DNA from: an uncultured virus (IMG/VR IMGVR_UViG_2579778730_000001)
Lineage: Duplodnaviria; Heunggongvirae; Uroviricota; Caudoviricetes
Virus record (IMG/VR): IMGVR_UViG_2579778730_000001
DNA length: 64,000 nt
Reading direction: 5' to 3' (one strand)
Below, piece by piece: positions 28,930 to 38,084 of the stretch. Position 1 is the first letter of the stretch; the number at the start of each line of letters is the position of its first letter. The notes beneath the pieces were generated by a model that saw only the letters and a program-made list of their open reading frames with translations, ran no database searches and was not told where the DNA came from. A program made the position numbers and the translations under genes.

Positions 28930-29970
28930 ATGTCTATTCGCAAACAACTAGATGGAAAATGGCTTCTTGATTTCTATCCCGAAGGGAAACCTAAGGGGAA
29001 GCCTAGCAAACGTATTCGTAAGACTTTCTCCACTAAAGGCGAGGCTCTGGCTTATCAGAATCACATCCTTGAAAACATACATATAAAACCGTGGCTGGAT
29101 GGTAAAGAAGATAGGCGCTCTTTACGAGATTTAGTAGGTCAGTGGTTCGATGAACACGGAGTAACCCTCGACGATGGTGAAAAACGCAAGGGGGCAATGG
29201 CGTTTGCCTGTGAAAGTATGGGGGAGCCGCTGGCGCATGAATTTAATGCAACCATGTTTTCCCTGTACCGCAAAAAAAGATTATCCGGTGAGATCGTCAG
29301 AACATCACGCGTAAAACAAGTCTCTCCACGGACAATGAATCTTGAACTTGCTTACTTTCGTGCCGTATTCAACGAGTTGAAGCGCTTAGGTCATTGGAAA
29401 CTGGATAATCCACTGGCAGGGGTTCGCCCCTTTAAATCTGAAGAAGGGGAACTGGCTTATCTTGAACAAGGCGAAATCAGTAGTCTTTTAGAGCAGTGCA
29501 AAGCCAGCAGGAACAGCAGTACTTTTTGGGTGGCCTGTGTGTGCCTGGCAACCGGTGCAAGATGGGATGAAGCGGAGTCACTGACAACAAAGCAGATTAA
29601 AAATCTGAAGGTGAGTTTCTTCAAGACTAAAGGCAACCGAAACCGAACCGTCCCTATTAGCAAACAGTTCTATGATTCGCTTCCAAAACCAGAAAAATCA
29701 GGGCGGCTTTTCACATCATGTTATTCAGCCTTCCGCAAAGCGGTGGAGCGGGCAGAACTTGATTTACCTAATGGACAGCTTTCGCATGTTTTACGTCATA
29801 CCTTTGCCTCACATTTTATGATGAATGGAGGTAACATTTTGGTATTGCAGCGCATTCTTGGCCACACGGATATCAAAATGACAATGCGTTATGCTCATTT
29901 TGCCCCTGACCATTTAGAAGAAGCAGCTCGCCTCAATCCTCTGGAGTATCAAGAAAATGAAACCAAGTGA
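28930..29970 (+). CDS. int: Tyrosine integrase
   Basis: LATGARWDEA, HVLRHTFASHF, LGH, RYAH catalytic motifs. Confidence 0.96.
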   Translation: MSIRKQLDGKWLLDFYPEGKPKGKPSKRIRKTFSTKGEALAYQNHILENIHIKPWLDGKEDRRSLRDLVGQWFDEHGVTLDDGEKRKGAMAFACESMGEPLAHEFNATMFSLYRKKRLSGEIVRTSRVKQVSPRTMNLELAYFRAVFNELKRLGHWKLDNPLAGVRPFKSEEGELAYLEQGEISSLLEQCKASRNSSTFWVACVCLATGARWDEAESLTTKQIKNLKVSFFKTKGNRNRTVPISKQFYDSLPKPEKSGRLFTSCYSAFRKAVERAELDLPNGQLSHVLRHTFASHFMMNGGNILVLQRILGHTDIKMTMRYAHFAPDHLEEAARLNPLEYQENETK

Positions 29971-30463
29971 TACCATAGCATTCATCAGTCTCATTGTTTC
30001 ATTGTTTGCTTTTGTGGCATCCACCTATCCGCATATCATGGACTGGAAGCGAAGCCGCCGCCAATCTCTTATATATTTTAAAGAACTTATCACCTCGTCA
30101 AGTTGGACAAACGAAGGGGATATAACATTCAGCCCTAAGTCCCATTTTAATATTAAGTTTTTAAATGTGCCGGGCCGTAGCAACATTTACGCAGAACTTG
30201 AAGTTAACCGAGATGAGGCAGCTACCCTTCGGGGAAAAATGACTCCAAACGGCACAATGTGGCTAACCTTAAATTTAATTGTTGGCTGGCGAGAGATTCC
30301 TTCAGCTGAGATTGTTTTGAAATACGATGAAGATGAAGATTTACTTATTTATAGCTTCAAGCATTACCTTGGACAGAACGGTTTGAATGATAATTTATCG
30401 AAATTCGACTTCAGCGGAATGCTATGGCGAAACACGCTTGAACTTGAGCGCCAAGAAACTTAG
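29957..30463 (+). CDS. Hypothetical protein with N-terminal TM, between int and att
   Basis: 168 aa, overlaps the int stop by 14 nt; IAFISLIVSLFAFVAS anchor. Confidence 0.72.
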   Translation: MKPSDTIAFISLIVSLFAFVASTYPHIMDWKRSRRQSLIYFKELITSSSWTNEGDITFSPKSHFNIKFLNVPGRSNIYAELEVNRDEAATLRGKMTPNGTMWLTLNLIVGWREIPSAEIVLKYDEDEDLLIYSFKHYLGQNGLNDNLSKFDFSGMLWRNTLELERQET

Positions 30464-30468
30464 GTTGA

Positions 30469-30561
30469 TGCCCCCTTTTTGCCCCCTTAGAACTCAAACA
30501 TGCAATAACACTCACCAACATTCAAACCATAACCTGTTGTTTTTCTTGTAAGTTATTGATT
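30469..30561. promoter_or_regulatory. Phage att arm: integrase arm-type repeats and IHF site
   Basis: Direct repeat TGCCCCCTT at 30469 and 30480; AATCAATAACTTA on the minus strand at 30549-30561 matches WATCAANNNNTTR. Confidence 0.6.
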
Positions 30562-30581
30562 TATAATGATGGGGCAGCGTT

Positions 30582-30626
30582 CTCATAATCGCTTGGTCGT
30601 TGGTTCAAACCCAACAGGGGCCACCA
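30582..30626 (+). other. att core: 3' half of a tRNA-Ile2/Met(CAU) gene (anticodon loop to CCA), not an intact tRNA
   Basis: CTCATAATCGCTTGGTCGTTGGTTCAAACCCAACAGGGGCCACCA; no acceptor 5' strand or D-arm upstream. Confidence 0.88.
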
Positions 30627-30634
30627 AATAAAAC

Positions 30635-30670
30635 AAGGAGTTAGATGAGAAATCGTCTAACTCCTTTTTC
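30635..30670 (+). terminator. tRNA terminator hairpin
   Basis: aaggagttagatga-gaaa-tcgtctaactcctt followed by a T-run. Confidence 0.85.
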
Positions 30671-30683
30671 TTTGGATGCAATT

Positions 30684-30707
30684 TGGGTCAGGTAATGGGT
30701 CAGGTAA
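30684..30707. repeat. Tandem 12-bp direct repeat, probable island integrase arm sites
   Basis: TGGGTCAGGTAA twice, about 60 bp from the att core. Confidence 0.6.
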
Positions 30708-30787
30708 GGAATTGCTACCCTGCCCTCTTCATCTCGCTGCCAGCATCCCCGGATAGTGATGAAAGCCAGTAGCACTGCCTGTAATAT

Positions 30788-31129
30788 TCACCGTACCGAA
30801 TTTTTACGGCTTTGCCGCAACAAGCCAGTTGCCTGCCGTGCTCGCAGAATGTCTACAGCCCGGAGATAAGGGGATTGTTCCTGCCAGTTAAATCCCTTCC
30901 TGTCGATACGCACCAGTTCGTATTTTTCCACCAGAAAATTCACGGCATCAGCCAGCGTGATTCCGGCATCGATATGTTCCTGTATAACACGTTCCTCACT
31001 GAACGGTGTGTCGTTGAGGGTGAGACCATAGTGCTGTTTCAGCAGGCGGGTCAGTAGCATTTGCCAGACAGCCACGGGTGCTAGGCAGGGCTTCGCCGCC
31101 CGCTGAGTTGTTGCAGGTAAAGTTTTCAT
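30788..31129 (-). CDS. cbtA: Type IV TA toxin, CbtA/YeeV/YpjF family
   Basis: [21 protein letters not shown]...[11 protein letters not shown]. Confidence 0.92.
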   Translation of the reverse strand: MKTLPATTQRAAKPCLAPVAVWQMLLTRLLKQHYGLTLNDTPFSEERVIQEHIDAGITLADAVNFLVEKYELVRIDRKGFNWQEQSPYLRAVDILRARQATGLLRQSRKNSVR

Positions 31130-31149
31130 GTTTACTCTCGTGAAGGTAA

Positions 31150-31467
31150 TTAACTCTGAGTGGGGTAAATGGCGATGTATACGTAGCCGCAACTGCCAAG
31201 AGTATCGGCTTCGCAGGTGAAACCGTTGTGGTACAGGGTGACGCAGTGGGCGTGTTGGGGACTGAGTTCACCGGTGGTTAGCATCGACTCCATCTGGCGG
31301 ATAAAGTGCGGGCATGTTTCATCCAGCTTCCGGCATTCGGTGTCACTGAACCTGCCGGTGATGCTGGCCCTGTCAGGCAGATAGTGCAGTCGGTTACCCT
31401 CCTGCACCAGACGGGCTCCCAGGCGCGGCGTGATAGCCCGCTGCAGGCCCCAGTTGATGTGGGTCAT
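31150..31467 (-). CDS. cbeA: Type IV TA antitoxin, CbeA/YeeU family
   Basis: [21 protein letters not shown]...[18 protein letters not shown]. Confidence 0.92.
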   Translation of the reverse strand: MTHINWGLQRAITPRLGARLVQEGNRLHYLPDRASITGRFSDTECRKLDETCPHFIRQMESMLTTGELSPQHAHCVTLYHNGFTCEADTLGSCGYVYIAIYPTQS

Positions 31468-31486
31468 GGCGGCTCTCCTTTTATTG

Positions 31487-31708
31487 TCAGTTCAGGGTAA
31501 TACTCATTAGGCAGGCATAAGGCCCGTTACGGTCCTGGCGGCGTTCGGCGTATACCGCGAGGACTCCTGTGATATCCGGCACATCCCTGCTGGTGTAATG
31601 GCAGACGCTACCGTGCCACTGATATTTTCCACTGCAGTAGCGAAAGATCCGGGACTCAGGATGCTGGCGGTATATCGTCATTGCCCGGCGTTTACTGATA
31701 ATTTTCAT
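31487..31708 (-). CDS. DUF987 (YeeT-like) protein
   Basis: MKIISKRRAMTIYRQHP...RQDRNGPYACLMSITLN. Confidence 0.85.
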   Translation of the reverse strand: MKIISKRRAMTIYRQHPESRIFRYCSGKYQWHGSVCHYTSRDVPDITGVLAVYAERRQDRNGPYACLMSITLN

Positions 31709-31716
31709 GTCATACC

Positions 31717-32193
31717 TCACAACAGACCGTGTTCTGCGAACGAATAGATTTGCCTGCCACCGACAATCAGGTGGTCAGGGACGCGGATATCCACCAGCTG
31801 AAGCACCTGAACCAGTCGCTGCGTGAGGGTTTTATCGGCCTGGCTGGGTGTCGTCTCGCCGGAAGGATGGTTATGCGCCAGTATCACCGCCGCCGCGTTG
31901 AAGTGCAGAGCACGTTTGACTACCTCCCGGGGATGCACCTCGGTGCGGTTAATCGTGCCGGTGAAGAGCGTTTCATGGGCAATCAACTGATTCTGGTTGT
32001 CCAGGTACAACACCCGGAACTCTTCCCGCTCAAGTGCGGCCATATGCAGTCGCAGCCATTCACGGAAAGCATGTGAGGAGGTGAAGGCCACGCCGGGCTC
32101 ATGCAGGTGCCGGTCCAGAGCCCTGAGTGCCCGCTGAATGAGACGCCGGTCCTGTGGTGTTATCTCGCCGGGTAAAAAGGAAAGCTGTTTCAT
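31717..32193 (-). CDS. RadC-like JAB-domain protein (YeeS/YkfG type)
   Basis: HPREVVK...AHNHPSG...SQAD. Confidence 0.93.
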   Translation of the reverse strand: MKQLSFLPGEITPQDRRLIQRALRALDRHLHEPGVAFTSSHAFREWLRLHMAALEREEFRVLYLDNQNQLIAHETLFTGTINRTEVHPREVVKRALHFNAAAVILAHNHPSGETTPSQADKTLTQRLVQVLQLVDIRVPDHLIVGGRQIYSFAEHGLL

Positions 32194-32208
32194 CTGTTGC
32201 TCCTTCGG

Positions 32209-32667
32209 TCAGTCGATAATACGCAGAATGGCGTGGGCCTCTGGATGTTGCAGGGCGTAGTCCCGCAGACGGTAATAGTGCTCCGTCATGGCATCGCATT
32301 CGGTGCGACAGGCGTGATGGCTGTATTCAATCAGGCAGACAGCAATACCTGCGGCTTCTGCACTCATTTGGGCAGCGTTGCCGTTCATGCTGTTGAGCAG
32401 ATGCCATTTATCGTCACCTTCAGCATCAGGGGCCATAAACGCGCCACCGTTACTCAGGGTGTATAACGACCAGATACCGCCGCTGTAGGTCGCACAGAAA
32501 CGCTCCATCCAGGCAAAAATATGCGGCTCCAGGGTTATCCACTGTGGGATAGTGCCAAAATGCTGCGGCCAGAAATCGATACGCTGTTCGTCAGGTAGCT
32601 GCGTTACGGTCAGTTCAAATTCGGACTCGTTAGCAGATGCAAGATTGTTTTGTGCCGCTGTTGTCAT
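32209..32667 (-). CDS. Antirestriction protein, KlcA/ArdB family
   Basis: YSGGIW..YTLSNGGAFMAP...MSAEAAGIAVCL. Confidence 0.9.
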   Translation of the reverse strand: MTTAAQNNLASANESEFELTVTQLPDEQRIDFWPQHFGTIPQWITLEPHIFAWMERFCATYSGGIWSLYTLSNGGAFMAPDAEGDDKWHLLNSMNGNAAQMSAEAAGIAVCLIEYSHHACRTECDAMTEHYYRLRDYALQHPEAHAILRIID

Positions 32668-32769
32668 GGGTATGTCTCCGTCAATAAAAAATGCCAGCGG
32701 CGATGGCTGGCGTATGGGGATATAAAGTGTGTTCGGGGGGGTGAAATGTTGCGGGTAAATGCTTCGCGG

Positions 32770-33009
32770 TCAGCGGGTGGAGGTGTCTGTACGGATGCCT
32801 GAGGTGCGGATATAGCGGTTAAGACCTTCACCGGCATCCGGCTCAAAGTTCCATGCCCGCCAGACCATCCGGCCTTCAGCGTCACGAACCACCAGGCGGA
32901 AGTGACTGCCCTGGTCGTCTTCGAGTGTGATATTGCTGTAAGTGGTAGTGACCGCTTGCGCTTGTCTCCGGGTGAAAGGCCCCGGTGGCAGCAACACGGA
33001 TTGGGACAT
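32770..33009 (-). CDS. DUF905 protein
   Basis: [13 protein letters not shown]...[18 protein letters not shown]. Confidence 0.88.
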   Translation of the reverse strand: MSQSVLLPPGPFTRRQAQAVTTTYSNITLEDDQGSHFRLVVRDAEGRMVWRAWNFEPDAGEGLNRYIRTSGIRTDTSTR

Positions 33010-33084
33010 TTTCGGGCTCCTGATAAAAGAAAACCCCGGCAGCCTGATGGCTGTCGGGGTGGGTTTGCGTAAGGAGAACGGCTA

Positions 33085-33552
33085 TCAGTCGTTACTGCAG
33101 TCTCCGAGAGTGGACAGAACTTTCTCAGCGTTCTTCCGTTCCGCAGTGAAAGTCCCCGCTTTACGGTCATTGACGTAAACGTCAAACTGCCCGGTCTTAC
33201 GGATATCCATAATGAAGTCATACCAGGCGTTATCGCCGTTACGCCAGCCAAGGGTTGAGGGAATGGCATATTGCTTATGGTCCATCACCACGGTGACTGT
33301 GGTGCCATCATCGTGCGAACTGACCATTCTGTTATCCGTCAGGGTCAGAAAAACTGAATGCTGGTAGAAACCATTCTGGTCAGGATTTCCAGTACAGTTG
33401 ATGGTAAACATCTTCCCACTGGTATCGGTCACGCTGTATTCCGTATTGCCCTGGCCATAGCCCTGCTGCCAGAATCCGGGAACCGCAGAGGCTGTAAAGC
33501 TGGTAAACAGTGAACATGCCAGTACAAACTGGCTTAGTGAATCTATTGTCAT
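33085..33552 (-). CDS. YfjT/YkfB-like exported protein
   Basis: Signal peptide (ASA) then VPGFWQQGYGQGN. Confidence 0.8.
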   Translation of the reverse strand: MTIDSLSQFVLACSLFTSFTASAVPGFWQQGYGQGNTEYSVTDTSGKMFTINCTGNPDQNGFYQHSVFLTLTDNRMVSSHDDGTTVTVVMDHKQYAIPSTLGWRNGDNAWYDFIMDIRKTGQFDVYVNDRKAGTFTAERKNAEKVLSTLGDCSND

Positions 33553-33575
33553 TTCTGTCTCCTTTATCGTTGTTT

Positions 33576-34019
33576 TTATTCGTGGTTCTCAGGGTTTGAG
33601 GGTATCAGCAGTCGCCCCATCAGTTTGCCGTCATGGGCGTACTCAAAGTATCTTTCTTTGGTATACGGGTCCGTCACCTCCTGGTATTCCAGTTTGATGT
33701 TATCGGCAATACAAAGCGCATTCATCAGCGGCTGGACGGTTTTTTCCTGCATATCCGCGAGGTAGTAGTAACTACCGCCCTCGCAGCCATCGGGCGACTC
33801 ACGGGTACGTAAGACCTGCAGGGTGAGACCAGATGAGAAGCCAACCTGTGACCATTCTTCGCTGACATCATCCTGGCGGCTGACCACATCGCTGAAGCGC
33901 GGCGGAGTGAGGTCCTTGAATTTGCTGATGGCCTTCAGTTCATCACTTCTGTCATCGCAGGCGCTCAGAAACAGAGTGGTGGCAACCAGTGCCAGCAGAG
34001 GCAGTGTTTTACGTTTCAT
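33576..34019 (-). CDS. YfjS/YafY-like lipoprotein
   Basis: MKRKTLPLLALVATTLFLSAC lipobox; true start at 34019. Confidence 0.82.
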   Translation of the reverse strand: MKRKTLPLLALVATTLFLSACDDRSDELKAISKFKDLTPPRFSDVVSRQDDVSEEWSQVGFSSGLTLQVLRTRESPDGCEGGSYYYLADMQEKTVQPLMNALCIADNIKLEYQEVTDPYTKERYFEYAHDGKLMGRLLIPSNPENHE

Positions 34020-34255
34020 TATTTTTTTCCTGAAATCAGTCGAACCACTTTGGCAAAGACATAAATGCCCACGAAAATACCCACCGGCACGCCGACGAAC
34101 GGTGTCAGCGCGACACTGGCGGCTCCTGCTGCACCTCCGCCCGTCAAGAGTGCAGCAACCGTCGCAAGGGTCAGGGCCGTGAGGCTGTCGGACACCCCGG
34201 TTTTGTTCAGAATGATGACGATGACAACAATGGCGATAATGGCAATGAATGGCAT
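34019..34255 (-). CDS. YpjK-like small membrane protein
   Basis: 78 aa hydrophobic; CP4-57 synteny. Confidence 0.75.
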   Translation of the reverse strand: MPFIAIIAIVVIVIILNKTGVSDSLTALTLATVAALLTGGGAAGAASVALTPFVGVPVGIFVGIYVFAKVVRLISGKK

Positions 34256-34291
34256 AGGCTCTCCCTGCGGATGAGTTGAGATAGACCTGCA

Positions 34292-34993
34292 CTATTCCGG
34301 TGGGCTGTCGGCCGGAATAAACGCAAGCAGTGACTGCTGGATAAAGCGAAAATGGGGTAAGGCCTGAATAAACACCGGGTCTTCAACCAGACTGCACAGA
34401 CTGTCGTTGCGGCGAAAAGTCTCTTGCAAGGGCTGAACCAGATGGATTTCATCCAGGGTGAATACGGCGATATGTCCGTCGTGTTCCGCCACCAGATACC
34501 AGGCCTGCTGGTGGATGAGTAACCGGCAGGGAGCCAGCCGCTCACAGCGCTGCCCCTCGGCAATCAGCGTCACCCGCTTGCGCCCGGTAATAGCCTGAAT
34601 CAGTCGCCAGAAACACAATGCGCCTGACGGCGAAGAAACCGGACTGGCTGGTGCTATTACGCAGGGGGACTCATCGCACATCAGCAGTGCGTTCACCAGA
34701 CGACGGTCAAAACCTGGAAAAAGACCGGCCATCCCGCTGCAGTGGGCAAAGATAAGCACGTCGGGTACCATCTGCGTCTCACTGCCCGCAGTGCGTAAGC
34801 GGCAATATCCGGACTGATACTCCAGGTCCAGATACATCAGCCGCTTGCGAAAATCACGCCGCAGCGTGCGCACCGACACACCAAACTCAGCGGCCAGCTT
34901 ACGCACACTCAGCGTTTCCCCCACCACCAGACGGCTGATTATCAGTGACAGTCTGACAGCCAGCCGGTCATGGCGGCGTTCTGCCTGTGTCAT
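34292..34993 (-). CDS. HTH-WYL transcriptional regulator (YfjR-like)
   Basis: [25 protein letters not shown] motif. Confidence 0.88.
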   Translation of the reverse strand: MTQAERRHDRLAVRLSLIISRLVVGETLSVRKLAAEFGVSVRTLRRDFRKRLMYLDLEYQSGYCRLRTAGSETQMVPDVLIFAHCSGMAGLFPGFDRRLVNALLMCDESPCVIAPASPVSSPSGALCFWRLIQAITGRKRVTLIAEGQRCERLAPCRLLIHQQAWYLVAEHDGHIAVFTLDEIHLVQPLQETFRRNDSLCSLVEDPVFIQALPHFRFIQQSLLAFIPADSPPE

Positions 34994-35209
34994 GAGACGT
35001 TCTCCGTGGAATTTAACTGACTGAAAATGATGTGATTATTTTAAATAGAGGGGCGGACAGGGTATGGACACAGCAGAAACTATTTTTTATTTCTGCAAAA
35101 GCCAGATGTAGCGGGGGTTACAGGCCATCCCTCGGCGAGTGAGGACCGCCAGCACGTTGCAATGCGGACAGGTGGTGTCCGATATTAACAACGTGGCAAC
35201 ATGAAACGG

Positions 35210-36031
35210 TCACTGCAGTTGCGTGAACATCGCTTCCGCCATCACCCACAGTGCCCGATTAAGTTTCACGTCCCCGTCAATACCGCGAACGGCACGAGTA
35301 TGCGACCGTCCTCCTTTGGCGTTACGCCCACTGAGACCGCCCTTAATCAGGTTCTCCTGAATACGCTGGTACGTGGTCCACAGGTCATTGCTCTCATCCT
35401 GCCAGCGGCGTGGGGAGAGTATTTGCGACTCCGTCACCGGCTGGTGGTCTTCACCAAAGCGGTATATGAGCGCAGCTTTTGCCAGTGCCTGCTGTGCCGG
35501 AGGCGGCAACAGCAACGACTGCATGGCATCCCGTTTCTCCTCCACCCGGTCAAAAATCCCCAGTACCTCATACGCGCCTTCAATCACCTGACTCACCACG
35601 TCCCCCTTGTGCGGCACCCGCACCTCGCCAAACGACTCACCACAGACAAGGCCGTTCTGACAAACCGCACGAAATAGTCCCGGCAGCATCTGGTACGAAC
35701 TGCTGCCATCGTGAGAGTTGAGCAGGATTATTTCCGGCACCTGCTTACCGGTTATCTGTCCCTCACGCCGTAGACGCAGCATATGCTTGGTGTGTTCGCG
35801 ACGCTCCGGATCACGCACACGGGTCTGACAGGCAAAGAATGGCTGGAAGCCTTCTCGCTGCAGGCTGTCCAGCAAGGAGATGGTGGGTATATAGGTGTAG
35901 CGTTCACTACGGGATTCATGTTTGTCCTCGCTGAACACACTGGGCACCACGCGAAACAGCTCCTCGCGGGTTAACGGACGGTCACGACGAATAATGTTTG
36001 CAGCGCCAAAGCGCGAAGCCAGACGGGTCAT
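35210..36031 (-). CDS. DUF932/DUF945 protein (YfjQ/YafZ-like)
   Basis: MTRLASRFG...LLNSHDGSSSYQMLPGLFRAVCQNG. Confidence 0.9.
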   Translation of the reverse strand: MTRLASRFGAANIIRRDRPLTREELFRVVPSVFSEDKHESRSERYTYIPTISLLDSLQREGFQPFFACQTRVRDPERREHTKHMLRLRREGQITGKQVPEIILLNSHDGSSSYQMLPGLFRAVCQNGLVCGESFGEVRVPHKGDVVSQVIEGAYEVLGIFDRVEEKRDAMQSLLLPPPAQQALAKAALIYRFGEDHQPVTESQILSPRRWQDESNDLWTTYQRIQENLIKGGLSGRNAKGGRSHTRAVRGIDGDVKLNRALWVMAEAMFTQLQ

Positions 36032-36122
36032 AAGCAGACTCCTCATAACGGGAAAACAAATAAAGGGGATCCCCGTCGCATCGGCGACAAGGTCAGGGAA
36101 ATAACAGGGATGGATTAAATAC

Positions 36123-36986
36123 TCAGAAGAAGAAATCCCAGACGGCGCGGGCCACAGAGACCACGGTGGTGCGCACGGCCTGAATGACGGCCCGCACTGG
36201 TGTGGATATCAGAGGAAAGGCACTGATGCTATCGAGTAGAGCACCGACGGTTTCACCAAAATCGCTTCGAGCCTGTTCCCGGACTACCGTCGTGCGAAAG
36301 GAAGGCTGGAGTTGCGACACCACCGGGCTGGTGGCCTCACGTGGCAGGCACTTAATCATCCGCTCGGCCATCACCCTAAGCCCCCATTGTAGACGGACCG
36401 ACACAGCACACACCGGATGTACGGGCTGGAACAGCTCATGCAGCAGGCAGATTTTGCGGCTGATATTCTGCTTCTGCGCGGTGGACAACGGTCCCCCACC
36501 GCTGGTGGGTTCGGCCTTGTCCGACTGGCTTATAACAAACAGCACCTTATGCCGGTATGCCTCCCCAATCACCTGATGATAAAAGTGCTCATCCACTGCC
36601 AGTGCCCGGTCATCAGCCTTGATCAACCACAGCACTAGGTCGAGGCGAGAAAGCTGCTCTCGGTACAGCGCAGCATATTCGTTATCGCGAGCGCCACTTT
36701 CGCCCACGCCGGGTAGATCCATCAGCGTCATATGGCGGTCGCCAACCTGCAGTCGAAAGCGCAGTGGCTCACGTGTACAGGCCGCGACATCGCTGACCGG
36801 TGATACCTCACTGGCAAACAGGGCATTGCAGAGTGAGGATTTACCGGCACCGCTCTTACCCATAATGCCGATTACTGGCTCGTAATGGGTTAACTGATTT
36901 ATCTGCTGCAATATACGTTCAGACACCCACTGTGGCAGGCCAGCAAGCGATTGCTGAAACGACTTCAAACCTTCAGAATTGTTCAT
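36123..36986 (-). CDS. Era-like GTPase (YfjP/YkfA/YeeP family)
   Basis: GKSGAGKSS G1, DLPG G3, SQSDK G4. Confidence 0.92.
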   Translation of the reverse strand: MNNSEGLKSFQQSLAGLPQWVSERILQQINQLTHYEPVIGIMGKSGAGKSSLCNALFASEVSPVSDVAACTREPLRFRLQVGDRHMTLMDLPGVGESGARDNEYAALYREQLSRLDLVLWLIKADDRALAVDEHFYHQVIGEAYRHKVLFVISQSDKAEPTSGGGPLSTAQKQNISRKICLLHELFQPVHPVCAVSVRLQWGLRVMAERMIKCLPREATSPVVSQLQPSFRTTVVREQARSDFGETVGALLDSISAFPLISTPVRAVIQAVRTTVVSVARAVWDFFF

Positions 36987-37528
36987 TACTACTCCTCTGA
37001 AAAATAATACAAAAACGGCGGAATCGTGAGATTCCGCCGTTAGTCAGGTATGTTCAGAAGAATGATATATGTCTGAAAATAATTTGAATTAAGGTAAGCG
37101 TTAAACCGCTACCGCCCGTGATCCAGGCCCCTGAGTCGTTAGGTTATTTTGGTATCCCTCATCCGCAGAGCAGGCCGATAGCCGACTGGAAAGCTAGGAT
37201 TACGTAGGCCCCCTTATTTTTGTCAACGTGAGCTATGGTAGAACTTAACCACTCTAAACGGCAAGGCAGCTTGTTTTATCTCATCATTCGATCCCCTCAA
37301 GCATGGAATCTGCATCTTGCAAACCGCTAACGTTTCCCTCGGCATCATAGAAAACCAACACAGTTGATAATGATCAAGGAAACAACCTTTAACCTAATGA
37401 AAAGAAGAATAAATCTTGTGTGTTGACAAAACACTGGGATAGTAGAGTTGATTATTAGACGATCGGTCAATATTATTAAGAAACGACTTAATAACTGAAT
37501 GGCATACGCTCAGACAGATGAGGTGAAA

Positions 37529-37639
37529 GTGTTTAAATCCTTATTTATCAACAAAACAGATGAACGTTACAGTGCACAACTTGCTGAAATCGCTGAAAGT
37601 GAGCTGCCAGAGGGGGATGTGGAGGTCAATGTTGACTAA
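37529..37639 (+). pseudogene. 5' fragment of an AcuI/YhdH-like MDR oxidoreductase, truncated at the IS junction
   Basis: GAGGT RBS and GTG start; VFKSLFINKTDERYSAQLAEIAESELPEGDVEVNVD* resembles the MDR N-terminus LPEGDV.V.V.YS. Confidence 0.65.
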
Positions 37640-37990
37640 AGGCGTACCTCAGTCGGACAGCTTTGCGAAGTACGCCGCGGCTTTTTTTAATATGTCCCGT
37701 TCGTCGGTAACCCGCTTCAGCTCTTTCTGGAGACGGCGGATCTCGGCCTGAGCATCTGACTGTTCTTTATTAGTGGAAGGATCCGGACCGTACTTCTTTA
37801 TCCAGGCGTAAAGGCTGTGGGTGGTGATATCGAGACGTGTTGCAACGCTGGCAACAGAATAACCGCGATCAACAACCTGTTTGACTGCTTCAGTTTTAAA
37901 CTCTTCGGGATAACGCTTACCGCTCATGGGCACCTCTCTTTAAGCCATCTTAAATGACTCTGAGGTGTCTGTTAAACCCGTGGCGATTCA
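37637..37990 (-). mobile_element. Truncated IS3-family element (one end plus orfA; orfB deleted)
   Basis: Terminal TGAATCGCCACGGGTTTAACAGACAC, orfA, A7G frameshift motif at 37681-37688; sequence breaks about 10 nt after the orfA stop. Confidence 0.88.
37649..37927 (-). CDS. IS3-family transposase OrfA
   Basis: KRYPEEFKTEAVKQV HTH...ERDILKKAAAYFAK. Confidence 0.9.
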   Translation of the reverse strand: MSGKRYPEEFKTEAVKQVVDRGYSVASVATRLDITTHSLYAWIKKYGPDPSTNKEQSDAQAEIRRLQKELKRVTDERDILKKAAAYFAKLSD

Positions 37991-38084
37991 GTGGTGTTGT
38001 GACCCCAGTTTCTATTTAAAATAGTTTCCTGCAAAAAACTGCTCGTAACCACCTGATATATTATTACCGCATAAATGATAAACA

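Larger units (their letters stand above)
1..30626. mobile_element. HP1/K139-like (Peduoviridae, P2-family) prophage; right att at ~30582-30626, left end outside the window
   Basis: Complete ordered set of int, cI, apl/cox, cII, rep, ogr, portal, terminase, capsid, lysis and tail genes, ending at a tRNA 3' fragment. Left boundary not visible. Confidence 0.93.

Noticed and set aside
30560..30626. Intact tRNA gene
   Set aside because: Only the anticodon loop to CCA is present; the upstream sequence cannot form the D-arm or the acceptor 5' strand
32664..34563. ORFs 32664..33269, 34207..34563 and the long form 33576..34292
   Set aside because: They overlap recognisable DUF905, yfjT, ypjK and yfjR genes; the lipoprotein starts at 34019
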